Assembly: GCA_963736875.1 (NCBI GenBank)
Contig: CAVTQH010000002.1
Location: 334,663 to 398,662, forward strand
Length of the DNA: 64,000 nucleotides
Source: Candidatus Amesbacteria bacterium
GTDB lineage: Bacteria; Patescibacteriota; Microgenomatia; CAZETR01; Amesbacteraceae
Reading direction: 5' to 3'
The notes under the pieces were generated by a model that was given only the letters and a program-made list of their open reading frames with translations, had not been told where the DNA came from and ran no database searches. Positions 38,450 through 48,002 of the stretch are shown piece after piece. Position numbers and translations under genes: made by a program. Each line of letters opens with the position of its first letter. Position 1 is the stretch's first letter.

Positions 38450-41274
38450 AGGCCCGATTTAGCTTATCATCCACCCGGTTGGCAAAAAGCACCGTGGATG
38501 TCAGAAGTAACATTACAAATATCCAGATATCCTGCTTCCGGTCGGTGCACCAGGGGCCTCTGGTATTTGCTCCCAGTACCTCACCCGTCGGTAAATTCTC
38601 CGCTTGATCAACCGGTGTCACGTATCTTGCCCTGACGTCAAATCTTGTGATTGCATCCCCTGAAGTAATTTGGTTTCCGTTGGGAGCTGCACCCGTTACA
38701 TAAGCGATCGTTTTATATCCTCCTCCACCGGCTCCCTCCGGAACTTTAAGTCCGAAACCTAGACGTCCGGCCTTTCCGGCTTCGATTGTACCCAGATCAA
38801 AGAGCATACTTCCCAAATAATTATCGGATTGGTCATACAATTTTTGGATCAGTTGAGCGTTCTTTACGGGAACCTCACCGGTGTTTTTCACTTTCATTTC
38901 AAAAGTCACTACGTCACCCGGATAAACAAAACCGTTGACATTATTTGTGGCGGTCAAATCCAGACGCGGGTTGCCGCTGATCAATTTGTCCCGGTAGTTT
39001 TTCATAAACCACAGCCTCTACAAAGAAATTGTTATTGGCAAGATTCGGATCCGGATCCGTCATGGCCACTGAGACATCAAAAGCCACTTCCCGGCTCTTT
39101 CTTTCATCACCGGCCCGGGCTGAAGGAATCAGTCCGGACAAGAAAGCCTGTTTCTGGTCAAATGAAATATCGTCTTTAACTTTTAAGCTGATTGCGAAAT
39201 CTCCCCCGTGCCGGGGAAGAATATTCCCCACTTCCCAGCTGCAGAATGTCTGCTGGCATCCGCCGGTTAACCTTCCGTCATCAGAAACAAAACTCATTCC
39301 GTCAGGCAAATCCATAGTGACTCTGACTCCCTTGGCAATGTCATAACCCGTGTTGTCGTAAGAAAGGGTATAGTCAATAATGTCTCCCGGCTCAACCATC
39401 GTTCTGTTGGCAGAAACTGAGACTCCCACATCCGGGTAGGCAAAAATTGCATCCCCTGACCAGTTGCCCAGAATGTTTATGGTACTCATAAACCATCTCG
39501 ATCCCATGATATTGGTATTTATCAGGTTAAAGAGATTGGCCAGTGCGAAGGCATTTCCGGTTCTGATTTCCGCCCCTCCGGAATTATTGGAAGCCAAATT
39601 TCCTCCGGTATTGGCGCTGACGTTGACATTATTGATAACTTCCGCATAGTTGTTGTTGGCAAAAGTTACCGGCAGTCCGTCGACCGGATCACCGGTATAA
39701 TCCGCCGGAGCCGCGGACGGATCCAGTCCCAATTGCAGGATATTTGTCCCGAGATTCGGTTTCTCAATACTGCCGGGAAGGGACCAGTTCACGATATTTC
39801 CCGTCCACCCTCCCGCGTTATTCAGAATCAGGAAAAACCAGCGGTTACCGATGATATTTAAATTTGCCAGGGTGGTGGAATTGGCTACTGCCACGGCATT
39901 CCCGGTGGTGATCGAACTTTGTCCGTTATCCGCAGAGACATTCTCTCCGGTATTTGCATTTGCACCGACATCATTTTGCACATCGGCCAGATTTTGATTG
40001 GCGTAGGTTACGGGAATCCTGAAAATCAGAGCGGAAGAATCAGGGTCAAAATATTCCGGCCGGGGTAATATCAGGTTGAATTTCTGGCTGGATAAAATAT
40101 TGATAATTCCTATAAAAATCTTGGACCCGAGGATATTGGTATTGACAATATTTGTGACATTGGCTGCCGCCGCTGCATCCCCGGTATTAATCGTTGCGGA
40201 AGCGCTGTCCAAAACGGTGTTGTTTCCGGTATCTGCAGTCGCGTTAATATCATTTGTCAGTGTTGCCTGATTGCTGTTGGTGACGGTAATTTTAATATTC
40301 GGAGTTTGGGGAAAGTTCTCATTAAGATATACATTTCCGTTTTCATCGACGATCAAAAGCTGACTCCAAATCGCATTCAGGTCGATATCTTCGTTTTCCG
40401 TACAGGTCAGATCCAGTGTCAGCACCGAGACTTCAGAGCCGACAATATTGGTATTGATCACATTCAGAACATTAACCAGCGCCTCTGCGTCTCCCGTATC
40501 AATTGCCGATGATCCGGAATTTCCCGTCGCGGCATTGTCTCCGGTAATTGCCGTTACATCGGCATTATCAGCCACATCTGCAATATTGGTATTGCTTACG
40601 TTTAATTCCTGCTCATCGGCCGGAGGAGTCGGATCCGTAACTGTTTCCTCGGGAATTTGGGTCGACATACACGGCAGATCGTCAGAGCACTCCTCAGTCG
40701 GTGAGGGTGTAGCGGTAACAGCAGGTGTAGGAGTTTCCTCGGATGACAAAATCACCGCGTTGGTATTTACTTCGGTATCCGCCAGACCGGTTGCGGCAGC
40801 GTCCCCGGTAGTAATTTCCGCCGATCCGGTAGCATCTGTAATGGTATTCGTTCCGGTTTCCGCATCCGCTTCCAAATCCGCGGATACTATGGCGGCATTA
40901 TCATTAGTGATGTTAATATCTCCCTCGCACGGAGTTTCCCCCTGGGGGGCGCAATCACCGGTTCCCTGGCTGATTTCCCCGGGAATTTCATTGACATTGG
41001 TATTAACCGTGGTATCGGTTTCAGCTGCTGCTCCCGCGTCTCCGGTATCTATCACATTTGTAACCTCCGGTGTCGGTTCCGCTGTGGGAGCGGGAGTTTC
41101 AGTTACTTGAGTCTCTGAAGGCGGGGGAGTCGATTCCGGAGCGCTCGTCGGGGCGGGGGTATCTGTCGGGGTGGCATCTTCCGCCCACGCCACGGGACTC
41201 AGCATGCTCACCGTCATCCACATGACAAGTGTGGCTGTTGAGGCCTTTTTCAAAAATCTGTGACTTACCGCCAT
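38418..41274 (-). CDS. Large secreted Asn-rich repeat protein with DUF11/Ig-like domains and C-terminal TM (about 950 aa; one-base frameshift near 38967)
   Basis: Signal peptide AWA; five full and one half N.N.A.V.N...A.TG.N...I.TGDA.A...NTN repeats; PGD.I.YTL.Y.NTG...A..V and PGD.V.F...VKNTG Ig-like domains; GEVLGA then TM and basic tail. Confidence 0.8.
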
Positions 41275-41310
41275 TTTTTGTTTATTTTGTAAATAATTTT
41301 AATTTTCCTT

Positions 41311-41360
41311 GGGAAGGGAGTTGAATTCTCCCTCCCCGTCGAAAGTGTGATCACACTCTC
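41311..41360 (-). promoter_or_regulatory. Two stem-loops between the small and large repeat genes
   Basis: GGGAAGGGAG-ttgaatt-CTCCCTCCCC (41311-41337) and near-palindrome GAAAGTGTGATCACACTCTC (41341-41360); no U-tract on the coding strand. Confidence 0.5.
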
Positions 41361-41373
41361 TGTCCACTAAAAA

Positions 41374-41824
41374 TTAGAAGGACAGATTTGTGTTCACTAC
41401 GGTCCAAGCATTAGCTGTAGATCCGGCATCTCCGGTAATAGCCCAATTGCTACCACGGAAACATCTACCAACTGCTGCCACCTGGAGATTGTCCTCCGGT
41501 GTCAGATTTTGCAATAGACGTATTGTCGATTAAGGCCATGTTATTTACATCACCAGTTGAACGACAAGTTCTGCAATTGACAACATTGGTATTAGCAACG
41601 ACTACTGCAGTTGAATCAGAAACAGCGATTCCAGTTATTAAATAATTAGAACCACCTGTTTGCCAATTGGCTCCGGTTGAGCTTTTTGCTACAGCAGTAT
41701 TATCTACGATGGCGAAATTGTTTGTATCACTGCTGGGCATATAGAATGAACCATATGCAAAAGCTGGGGTGACTGCAGACAGTAACATTGCCCCTGCACC
41801 TGCGATTGCGATTAATCTTTTCAT
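41374..41824 (-). CDS. Small secreted protein made of two Asn-rich TG repeats (about 149 aa; one-base frameshift near 41491)
   Basis: GGAGGTG SD before ATG 41824; signal peptide AFA; repeats NNFAIVDNTAVAKSSTGAN..ITG.A...VANTN and NNMALIDNTSIAKSDTGGN..ITGDA...VVNTN; +1 frame ends LSF*. Confidence 0.8.
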
Positions 41825-41871
41825 TATTCTATTCACCTCCCTTCAATTAATTTTATTCAAAATAAAATACA

Positions 41872-41910
41872 GATCAAAAAATCCCCGCTAAAACGGGGAT
41901 AATTTTGATC
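41872..41910 (-). terminator. Intrinsic terminator-like hairpin in the 5' leader of the small repeat gene
   Basis: Minus strand: GATCAAAATT-ATCCCCG-ttttag-CGGGGAT-TTTTTGATC. Confidence 0.65.
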
Positions 41911-42059
41911 ATCAACCAAACCTGATGCCGATTTTTATTCTGTCCCATGGAATGTCCTCATTCTGGACAAGTCGCAGTGAAAATTCAGTAATCTGGATTA
42001 CAGTTGCGGCTTTGGAGTATAATTCCGTATCCTGCCCTATCCAACTATTTTAAAAAAGC

Positions 42060-42716
42060 ATGGAAATACAAAAACGGATAGGGACATTTTTTTCCCGTTT
42101 TCCTCCTTCCCGGTTTCCCAAGGGGAGGGTGATTGTTACCGATTCGGGAATTACCAATCAGGTTTATTATGTTGAATCCGGTTTTGTAATCGAGTATCAC
42201 ATTTCTCAATCCGGAGAACTGCTGATTGCTCATCTCTATCAGCCGGGATCGTTTTTCCCCTTAAGTACTTTTTGTGAAGTTTCGTTTGAGTCCGGTTACT
42301 TTGAAGCTCTCAGTCCGACCGTAATCCGGACAGCTCCTGCAAAATCTTTTACCGAGTTTTTCCTTTCTGACCGTGAACTCCTGGTCGATTTTACCAACAG
42401 TCTTTCGCATAACATTTATAATCTGACCAGGCGCCTGGGTATGATAATCAGCGGTACCGCGTATCAAAAAACCGCATCCGCCCTGGTTTATCTGGCCGAG
42501 AATCTGGGCAGAAGAATCGACGGTAATGGTACCGTGATTATTGATTACGATCTGACCCACAAGGAAATTGCCGCCTGGATCGGATCTGCCCGGGAAACCA
42601 CCAGCGTTCAAATGAAACTGCTGCAAAGAAAGGGACTGGTAACTTACAACCGCCGCCAGATTGTCATCAATGATCTTCAGCGTCTGATTTCGGAAACCGG
42701 ACAGGAATACGCTTGA
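42060..42716 (+). CDS. Crp/Fnr-family transcriptional regulator
   Basis: cNMP-binding-like domain (VYYVESGFV..Y.IS.SGE...PGSFF); HTH LTHKEIAAWIGSARETTS. Confidence 0.93.
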   Translation: MEIQKRIGTFFSRFPPSRFPKGRVIVTDSGITNQVYYVESGFVIEYHISQSGELLIAHLYQPGSFFPLSTFCEVSFESGYFEALSPTVIRTAPAKSFTEFFLSDRELLVDFTNSLSHNIYNLTRRLGMIISGTAYQKTASALVYLAENLGRRIDGNGTVIIDYDLTHKEIAAWIGSARETTSVQMKLLQRKGLVTYNRRQIVINDLQRLISETGQEYA

Positions 42717-42740
42717 CATAAATGTGCTACAATATTTTCA

Positions 42741-43493
42741 GTGATCGCGATTCCGTTACTCTTTTTCCTTCTGATTCCGGTAATTTATATCATTTTTTCC
42801 GGGATCAGGATCATTGATCAGTACGAACGGGGAGTAGTCCTGACACTCGGAGCTTACAGCTACACACTTGACCCGGGTCTGAAAATAATTATCCCCATCG
42901 TCCAGCGGATTATCAAAGTTGACATCAGGATTACCACTTCCGAGATTCCCCAGCAGGAAGTGATCACCAAGGATAATGTTCCGGTGGGAATCAACGCCGT
43001 GGTCTATTTTCAGGTTACCAAGGCTGAAGACGCTGTATTAAAAGTCCAAAATTATACTTACGCCATTACCCAATATGCCCAGACTGCTTTAAGAGATGTC
43101 ATCGGCGGAGTCGAGCTGGACACGCTTCTGGCCGAACGGCAGAAAGTCGCTGATGAAATTAAGACTCTGGTTGACCGGGAAATCGTCGGTTGGGGATTGG
43201 ACGTGGTTTCCATAAAAATTCAGGACATCGAACTGCCGGCGGATATGAAGCGGGTGATGGCTCTCCAGGCCCAGGCGGAACGGGAACGCCGGGCGGCAAT
43301 TATCCGGGCCCAGGGGGAACTGACCGCCTCCGAAAATCTGAATAAAGCCATGACCCAGCTGGCCCAATCCGGCGCCATTTCCCTGCGTACTCTTCAGACA
43401 ATCGAGGCCACCACCGCCAATCCCGCCAATACCATCGTCTTTGCCCTGCCCATCGAGATCATGGAAGGCCTGAAGCGCATTACCGGAAAATAA
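42741..43493 (+). CDS. SPFH/band 7 (stomatin-like) membrane protein
   Basis: QYERGVV.TLG, QEVITKDNV, AQTALRDVIG..ELD, QAQAERERRA. Confidence 0.95.
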   Translation: MIAIPLLFFLLIPVIYIIFSGIRIIDQYERGVVLTLGAYSYTLDPGLKIIIPIVQRIIKVDIRITTSEIPQQEVITKDNVPVGINAVVYFQVTKAEDAVLKVQNYTYAITQYAQTALRDVIGGVELDTLLAERQKVADEIKTLVDREIVGWGLDVVSIKIQDIELPADMKRVMALQAQAERERRAAIIRAQGELTASENLNKAMTQLAQSGAISLRTLQTIEATTANPANTIVFALPIEIMEGLKRITGK

Positions 43494-43496
43494 CTC

Positions 43497-43895
43497 ATGG
43501 ATTTAGCCGCTGACCGTTCTTCAGAGCAGTCACAGGTTATTAAGATTTTGGATTATTCTCTGCGATTAATTAATTTTGGACTGGTCTTTTATCTAATCTG
43601 GAAAAGACTTATATCTCCGGCATCAATTGTAATGACTGAATTTCTGGTAATCCGGAATCTTTTATACACTGTCTATGCAATAATTTCCGGTTTATTCGGT
43701 GTTTTTGTTTTAAGTCGTTACCGTGATAACCCGTCACTTATCAAAAAACCCTCTCCTCTGAGTAGTATATTGCCTATGATTGTAATTTCAATCATATTAA
43801 CCACTTTTTCCTATGCAATCGCAGAATTGATTCTTGACGTGATAAATTTCCTTACCCAACTCGTTTCAAGACCTCAGGTTACTTTACCGCTTTAA
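43497..43895 (+). CDS. Hypothetical membrane protein
   Basis: 132 aa with three hydrophobic segments. Confidence 0.55.
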   Translation: MDLAADRSSEQSQVIKILDYSLRLINFGLVFYLIWKRLISPASIVMTEFLVIRNLLYTVYAIISGLFGVFVLSRYRDNPSLIKKPSPLSSILPMIVISIILTTFSYAIAELILDVINFLTQLVSRPQVTLPL

Positions 43896-44526
43896 GAAAT
43901 TCCTCTGCCAAATTTGCCGTCTGATTCGTCGGATGGTAAAACTCCTTCCACACCAATACTATATTCGCCCCGTTAAACATTGCCCTTTGCACCTCCCGGA
44001 TGGTATCCCCCCCGCCTATGGAAATCATCACATCATAACTGCTTTTGATTTTATTAATTTGTATATATGGAATGGGTTTGTCTTTGTTAAATGTCTCCTC
44101 ATCTACACCCCGGTGCAGGATGACCACCGTAGGCAGTTTTTTCAGTTTTCTCAGAATTTTAATCGGCTGATCGACGTTCATCATATCCACCATGCTGTCA
44201 ATTTCCATTTTTTCACAGGAAGAAATAAATGAGTTCAATGTTTCTATTGGTGCCTGGCCCAGAGCAATTGCTCCCGACGCCCCGGCCTGGCGGGCCAGCA
44301 TTGCTTCGGTATCACCCCGGTCCATGGTTTTCAGATCTGCTACCACGTATCCGCCCCACCAGGAGACAATATTTTGGATTCCCTGCCAGCCGTAAGTTTT
44401 GATCAGGGGTGTTCCGGCTTCCACCAAAATTCTTTCGCTTCTGGGTAACTGTCTGATAATCGACCTCGCTTCATCCATTCCGCTGTTTAATGCCACTTGC
44501 AAGTATTTGATTTTTCTGTTAATCAT
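43879..44526 (-). CDS. OMP decarboxylase/HUMPS-family TIM barrel (3-hexulose-6-phosphate synthase-like)
   Basis: YLQVAL, VEAGTPLIK.YG, VVADLKTMD.G..E, LHRGVDEE, GA.I. Confidence 0.85.
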   Translation of the reverse strand: MINRKIKYLQVALNSGMDEARSIIRQLPRSERILVEAGTPLIKTYGWQGIQNIVSWWGGYVVADLKTMDRGDTEAMLARQAGASGAIALGQAPIETLNSFISSCEKMEIDSMVDMMNVDQPIKILRKLKKLPTVVILHRGVDEETFNKDKPIPYIQINKIKSSYDVMISIGGGDTIREVQRAMFNGANIVLVWKEFYHPTNQTANLAEEFLKAVK

Positions 44527-44544
44527 TTCCCAAGTTTAAGCGAA

Positions 44545-44574
44545 TTGACAACCAACTGCAATTATTCACATAAT
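44545..44574 (+). promoter_or_regulatory. Sigma-70 promoter of the CAP-domain gene (near-leaderless)
   Basis: TTGACA, 18 nt, CATAAT, then 8 nt to ATG 44583. Confidence 0.55.
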
Positions 44575-44582
44575 GGACTGAC

Positions 44583-45515
44583 ATGTCGCTCTTTCATCAT
44601 CTTTTTTTACCTCATCACACCAATAATCAGCGGGCAAAAATTCTTCATCCTTCTGCTTTAAGCATCATTATCGGCTGTTTTGCTGTGTTTCAAGTCTTAA
44701 TCGGGCAGGTAATTACCCGTTTCCCGGATATTCTGGGTTATGCTTCACAGATTCCCGCCGGTGAAATTGTCCAGTTAACCAACAGTGAACGCCAAACCCG
44801 GGGTTTATCCCAGCTTAGACTGGATCCCGGCCTCTCGGCTGCAGCACTGCAGAAAGCCTCGGATATGTTTGCCAGAAATTATTGGGCTCATGTTTCCCCG
44901 AGCGGTGTTCAGCCCTGGTTTTTTATCACCCAGGCAGGATACACTTATCGCTATGCCGGTGAAAATCTTGCCCGGGATTTTTCCGATCCCAAATCCATTG
45001 TCCAGGCCTGGTTAAATTCCCCGACACACAGGGATAATTTACTCAATTCCCGCTATGAAGATATCGGAGTGGCAGTGGTTGACGGGACTTTGGAAGGGAA
45101 AGATACAACCCTGGTGGTGCAGATGTTCGGCACCAAATTGGCCAGCGCGCCGGCAGTGGGGGGAAGGTCGGCCTCTGTAGTTGCCAAAGCCCAGGAGCCG
45201 CCCCAACCTACAATTGTCCCGACCCCTATACCTACCACAGCGGTTGCCGCACAGCCAGGACTTCCGGCAGCAGCAGCCTACCTCACTTCAATCGAGGAAA
45301 CCCCGAAGAATTTCTTGGGCATTTCTCCGTTTGAAATAACCAAATACACTTCCCTGGCTTTACTAGGGCTGTTTGCGGTTGTCCTGTTAATCGATGTTAT
45401 TGTGGTCAACCGCCGCAAGATTACCCGCTGGACCAGCAAGAGTTTTGCTCATTTAGTGTTTATAATTATCTTAATTATTGCCGCCGGCACAATTCTGCGC
45501 GGCCGGATTTTATAA
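44583..45515 (+). CDS. CAP (SCP/PR-1) domain membrane protein
   Basis: LTN.ER...GL..L, KASDM...YWAH.SP, AGENLA, WLNSPTHRDNLL..YEDIGVAV, VVQMFG; two C-terminal TMs. Confidence 0.92.
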   Translation: MSLFHHLFLPHHTNNQRAKILHPSALSIIIGCFAVFQVLIGQVITRFPDILGYASQIPAGEIVQLTNSERQTRGLSQLRLDPGLSAAALQKASDMFARNYWAHVSPSGVQPWFFITQAGYTYRYAGENLARDFSDPKSIVQAWLNSPTHRDNLLNSRYEDIGVAVVDGTLEGKDTTLVVQMFGTKLASAPAVGGRSASVVAKAQEPPQPTIVPTPIPTTAVAAQPGLPAAAAYLTSIEETPKNFLGISPFEITKYTSLALLGLFAVVLLIDVIVVNRRKITRWTSKSFAHLVFIIILIIAAGTILRGRIL

Positions 45516-45516
45516 T

Positions 45517-45795
45517 ATGTCCGAAATTGTTTTCGAAAAAGATTTTTCCCGGCATCCGCTGCACTATTTTACCCTTCTTTGTGTCCTGCTGGTCGGATTA
45601 TGGGGTCTTTTTTGGTTTAGTTACCATCCCGGAATGCAGTTATCCATCGTCATCAGTATGGCAGTATCCTATGTTGTCTGGGGGATTGTGCATCACCGCG
45701 AACATCATTCCCTGCACCCCAAAATTGTTCTGGAATACCTGCTGATTGCCGTATTTGCCGTATTATTGTTCGGGTCTATACTGCTTCGCACTTGA
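45517..45795 (+). CDS. Small three-TM hypothetical protein
   Basis: YVVWGIVHH....L..KIVLEY motif. Confidence 0.75.
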   Translation: MSEIVFEKDFSRHPLHYFTLLCVLLVGLWGLFWFSYHPGMQLSIVISMAVSYVVWGIVHHREHHSLHPKIVLEYLLIAVFAVLLFGSILLRT

Positions 45796-46358
45796 AACAC
45801 CGACTTTTTTTGGCTATCGAGATTTCTGACGACCTGCGTCGGGAGATTGGGGATCTCCAATCCCGGATGGAAAAGCTGAAGCTGCCTATCAGATGGGAAG
45901 AACCGCAAAAACTGCATCTGACTCTCAATTTCCTGGGCCGGATTGAGGAATCACTGGAGCCGGAAATTCACCGGGTGGTATCCGGAGTTTGCAGTCAATT
46001 TTCCCAATTTGATTTGACTCCCGTATTTCTCGAGACGATGTACAAAAAGCACGAACCTTCATTTTTGTACCTGGGAATTTCCGGGGAACTTCCGACCTTG
46101 CTCAAACTGCAAAAAAGTCTGCGTGAAGAACTTTTATATCTCAAAGTACCCCTGCCGGAAAAATTCTTTGCCCATATAACTATCGGCCGGGTCAATAAAG
46201 CGGATCCGGAAACTACCAAATCCGTTTTAAACCGCTTTCAGGATTTTGAATTTTCTCCCCTGCCCGATTTCACCACTGTGGCAGTCAGCCTTTTTGAGAG
46301 TCTGATCTCCGATAAAGGCAGTCATTACCGCCTTATTAGACGCTTCATGCTACAATAG
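45792..46358 (+). CDS. thpR: RNA 2',3'-cyclic phosphodiesterase (2H family)
   Basis: RLFLAI, LHLTLNFLG, F.AHITIGR, FES.....GS.Y. Confidence 0.93.
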   Translation: MKHRLFLAIEISDDLRREIGDLQSRMEKLKLPIRWEEPQKLHLTLNFLGRIEESLEPEIHRVVSGVCSQFSQFDLTPVFLETMYKKHEPSFLYLGISGELPTLLKLQKSLREELLYLKVPLPEKFFAHITIGRVNKADPETTKSVLNRFQDFEFSPLPDFTTVAVSLFESLISDKGSHYRLIRRFMLQ

Positions 46359-46389
46359 TTCCCCAATATAAAGACGACTATTTAAAAAC

Positions 46390-47328
46390 ATGAGCAAAGA
46401 AGTGGAACAGATAGCTGGGACTGAGAGTATATTTAAAATTGGACGACCGATACACTCCGACGGAAGAGGATTTTTCAGGGAACTACTTAGATTAAAGGAG
46501 CTGCCTTATCCCTGGAAAATTAATTCTCTGACCCATCATCAGGTATTACCAGGACGGGAATTTAAAATTCAATCAACATCCGACAATCAGTTAGTCTATC
46601 CGATTTCCGGAGAAGCTGAAATAAATATTCCGCAATCGGAAGAAAATATAAGAATTGATGACAGCATACGTATCGGCATTTTTATTCCCAAGGGACAGAC
46701 ACTGACAGTTCGGGCTCAAGAAATACGGGAAACTAATGTACTGGTTTTTTCCGACACCCGTATTAAAAATCAGAATTTTGAAATGGAACAGAAAACGCAT
46801 GGTTTGACCGCAATCCGAAGCCAGGCATCAGAAACTGAATTCGGCAGTTCCCGTCCTGTTTATGATATCGAATATACCAATGACACTCTGGGTACCCATT
46901 TTAAACCGGTACAAATCAATCACTCCCGGTCACTTCCGGGAGTCATACGGGGTTTGCACGCCGAAGCCTGGGATAAATTTATCTATCCGGTAACCGGAAA
47001 TATGGTGGCAGGATTGGTCTGGATTGGGTCAAAAGATGGATTCGGGGATAGACAGACGATAAATTTTTCGGATACTTCACGACCGGCAGTTTTTATACCA
47101 GAAGGATGGGCTAATTCCATCTGTGTCTTAAATAATAATACCGATAATATCCCGGTAGATTATATCTACTCAGTCGGAGCATACTGGACTCCCGATTCTG
47201 TCAGAAGTGTTCACTGGAACTCTGCGGGAATACAATGGCCGGTGTCTGAACCGATTATTTCTCAGAAAGATCAGGAAACCCCTGCTTTAGATGAATATTT
47301 CAAACAGCATTTCTCGTCAACTTCTTAA
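46390..47328 (+). CDS. Tandem double-cupin dTDP-4-dehydrorhamnose 3,5-epimerase (RmlC)-like protein
   Basis: N-half has HSDGRGFFRE; C-half has QINHSRSLPGVIRGLH, FIPEGWANS, W....I.WP...IISQKD; 312 aa, much longer than a single RmlC. Confidence 0.82.
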   Translation: MSKEVEQIAGTESIFKIGRPIHSDGRGFFRELLRLKELPYPWKINSLTHHQVLPGREFKIQSTSDNQLVYPISGEAEINIPQSEENIRIDDSIRIGIFIPKGQTLTVRAQEIRETNVLVFSDTRIKNQNFEMEQKTHGLTAIRSQASETEFGSSRPVYDIEYTNDTLGTHFKPVQINHSRSLPGVIRGLHAEAWDKFIYPVTGNMVAGLVWIGSKDGFGDRQTINFSDTSRPAVFIPEGWANSICVLNNNTDNIPVDYIYSVGAYWTPDSVRSVHWNSAGIQWPVSEPIISQKDQETPALDEYFKQHFSSTS

Positions 47329-47965
47329 CCTTTTTCCACTCCTTTATCTCTCTATGATTTCCGGACAACAACACACCCGGGACTTTCCATCCCTTATATT
47401 CTTCCGGCCTGGTATATTGGGGATATTCAATATTATTACTGATTTGAGAAAACGACTCTTCCTTCAGAGATTCAGGGTTTCCCAATACTTCCGGCATAAG
47501 TCTGACCACCGAATCGATAATCACCATTGCCGGAATTTCTCCCCCTGACAATACATAATCACCTATGGAAATTATTTCATCGGCCAGATATTCATGTACC
47601 CGGTGATCCACCCCCTCATAATGGCCGCAAATAATCAGTAAATTTTCTTCCCGTGATAATTCTTCAGCTTTTTTCTGGCTGAATTTTTCCCCTCCTGCAT
47701 CCAGCAATATCACTTTTAAATTTTGGCTTGATAATTGCGATTTGATATCCGCAATTGCTTTATCAATAATATCCACTCTCATAATCATCCCCGCTCCTCC
47801 TCCGTAAGGCCTGTCATCCACCGATTTGTATTTATCCACAGCCCAATCACGCAAATTGTGAATATTTATTTTTACAACTGACTTATCCTGCGCCCGCTGC
47901 ACAATAGACGCATCCAAAGGCCCTTTAAACATTTCCGGGAAAAGCGTCAGAATATCGATACGCAT
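47300..47965 (-). CDS. trmD: tRNA (guanine37-N1)-methyltransferase
   Basis: MRIDILTLFPEMF, VDDRPYGGGAGM, CGHYEGVD.R, SIGDYVLSGGE, EYPQYTRP, LLSGNH. Confidence 0.98.
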   Translation of the reverse strand: MRIDILTLFPEMFKGPLDASIVQRAQDKSVVKINIHNLRDWAVDKYKSVDDRPYGGGAGMIMRVDIIDKAIADIKSQLSSQNLKVILLDAGGEKFSQKKAEELSREENLLIICGHYEGVDHRVHEYLADEIISIGDYVLSGGEIPAMVIIDSVVRLMPEVLGNPESLKEESFSQISNNIEYPQYTRPEEYKGWKVPGVLLSGNHREIKEWKKVKKLTRNAV

Positions 47966-48002
47966 ATCCCAATTATAGCTAAAATACGCTAATATAACCT
48001 GT

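Noticed and set aside
40448-41110. 220-aa plus-strand ORF and other long antisense ORFs (735-1313, 1686-2252, 27450-27911)
   Set aside because: Shadow frames of well-supported genes with no recognisable motifs
41345-41356. TGTGATCACA as a canonical CRP site
   Set aside because: The canonical site is TGTGA-N6-TCACA; the spacer here is zero, so it is kept only as a palindrome
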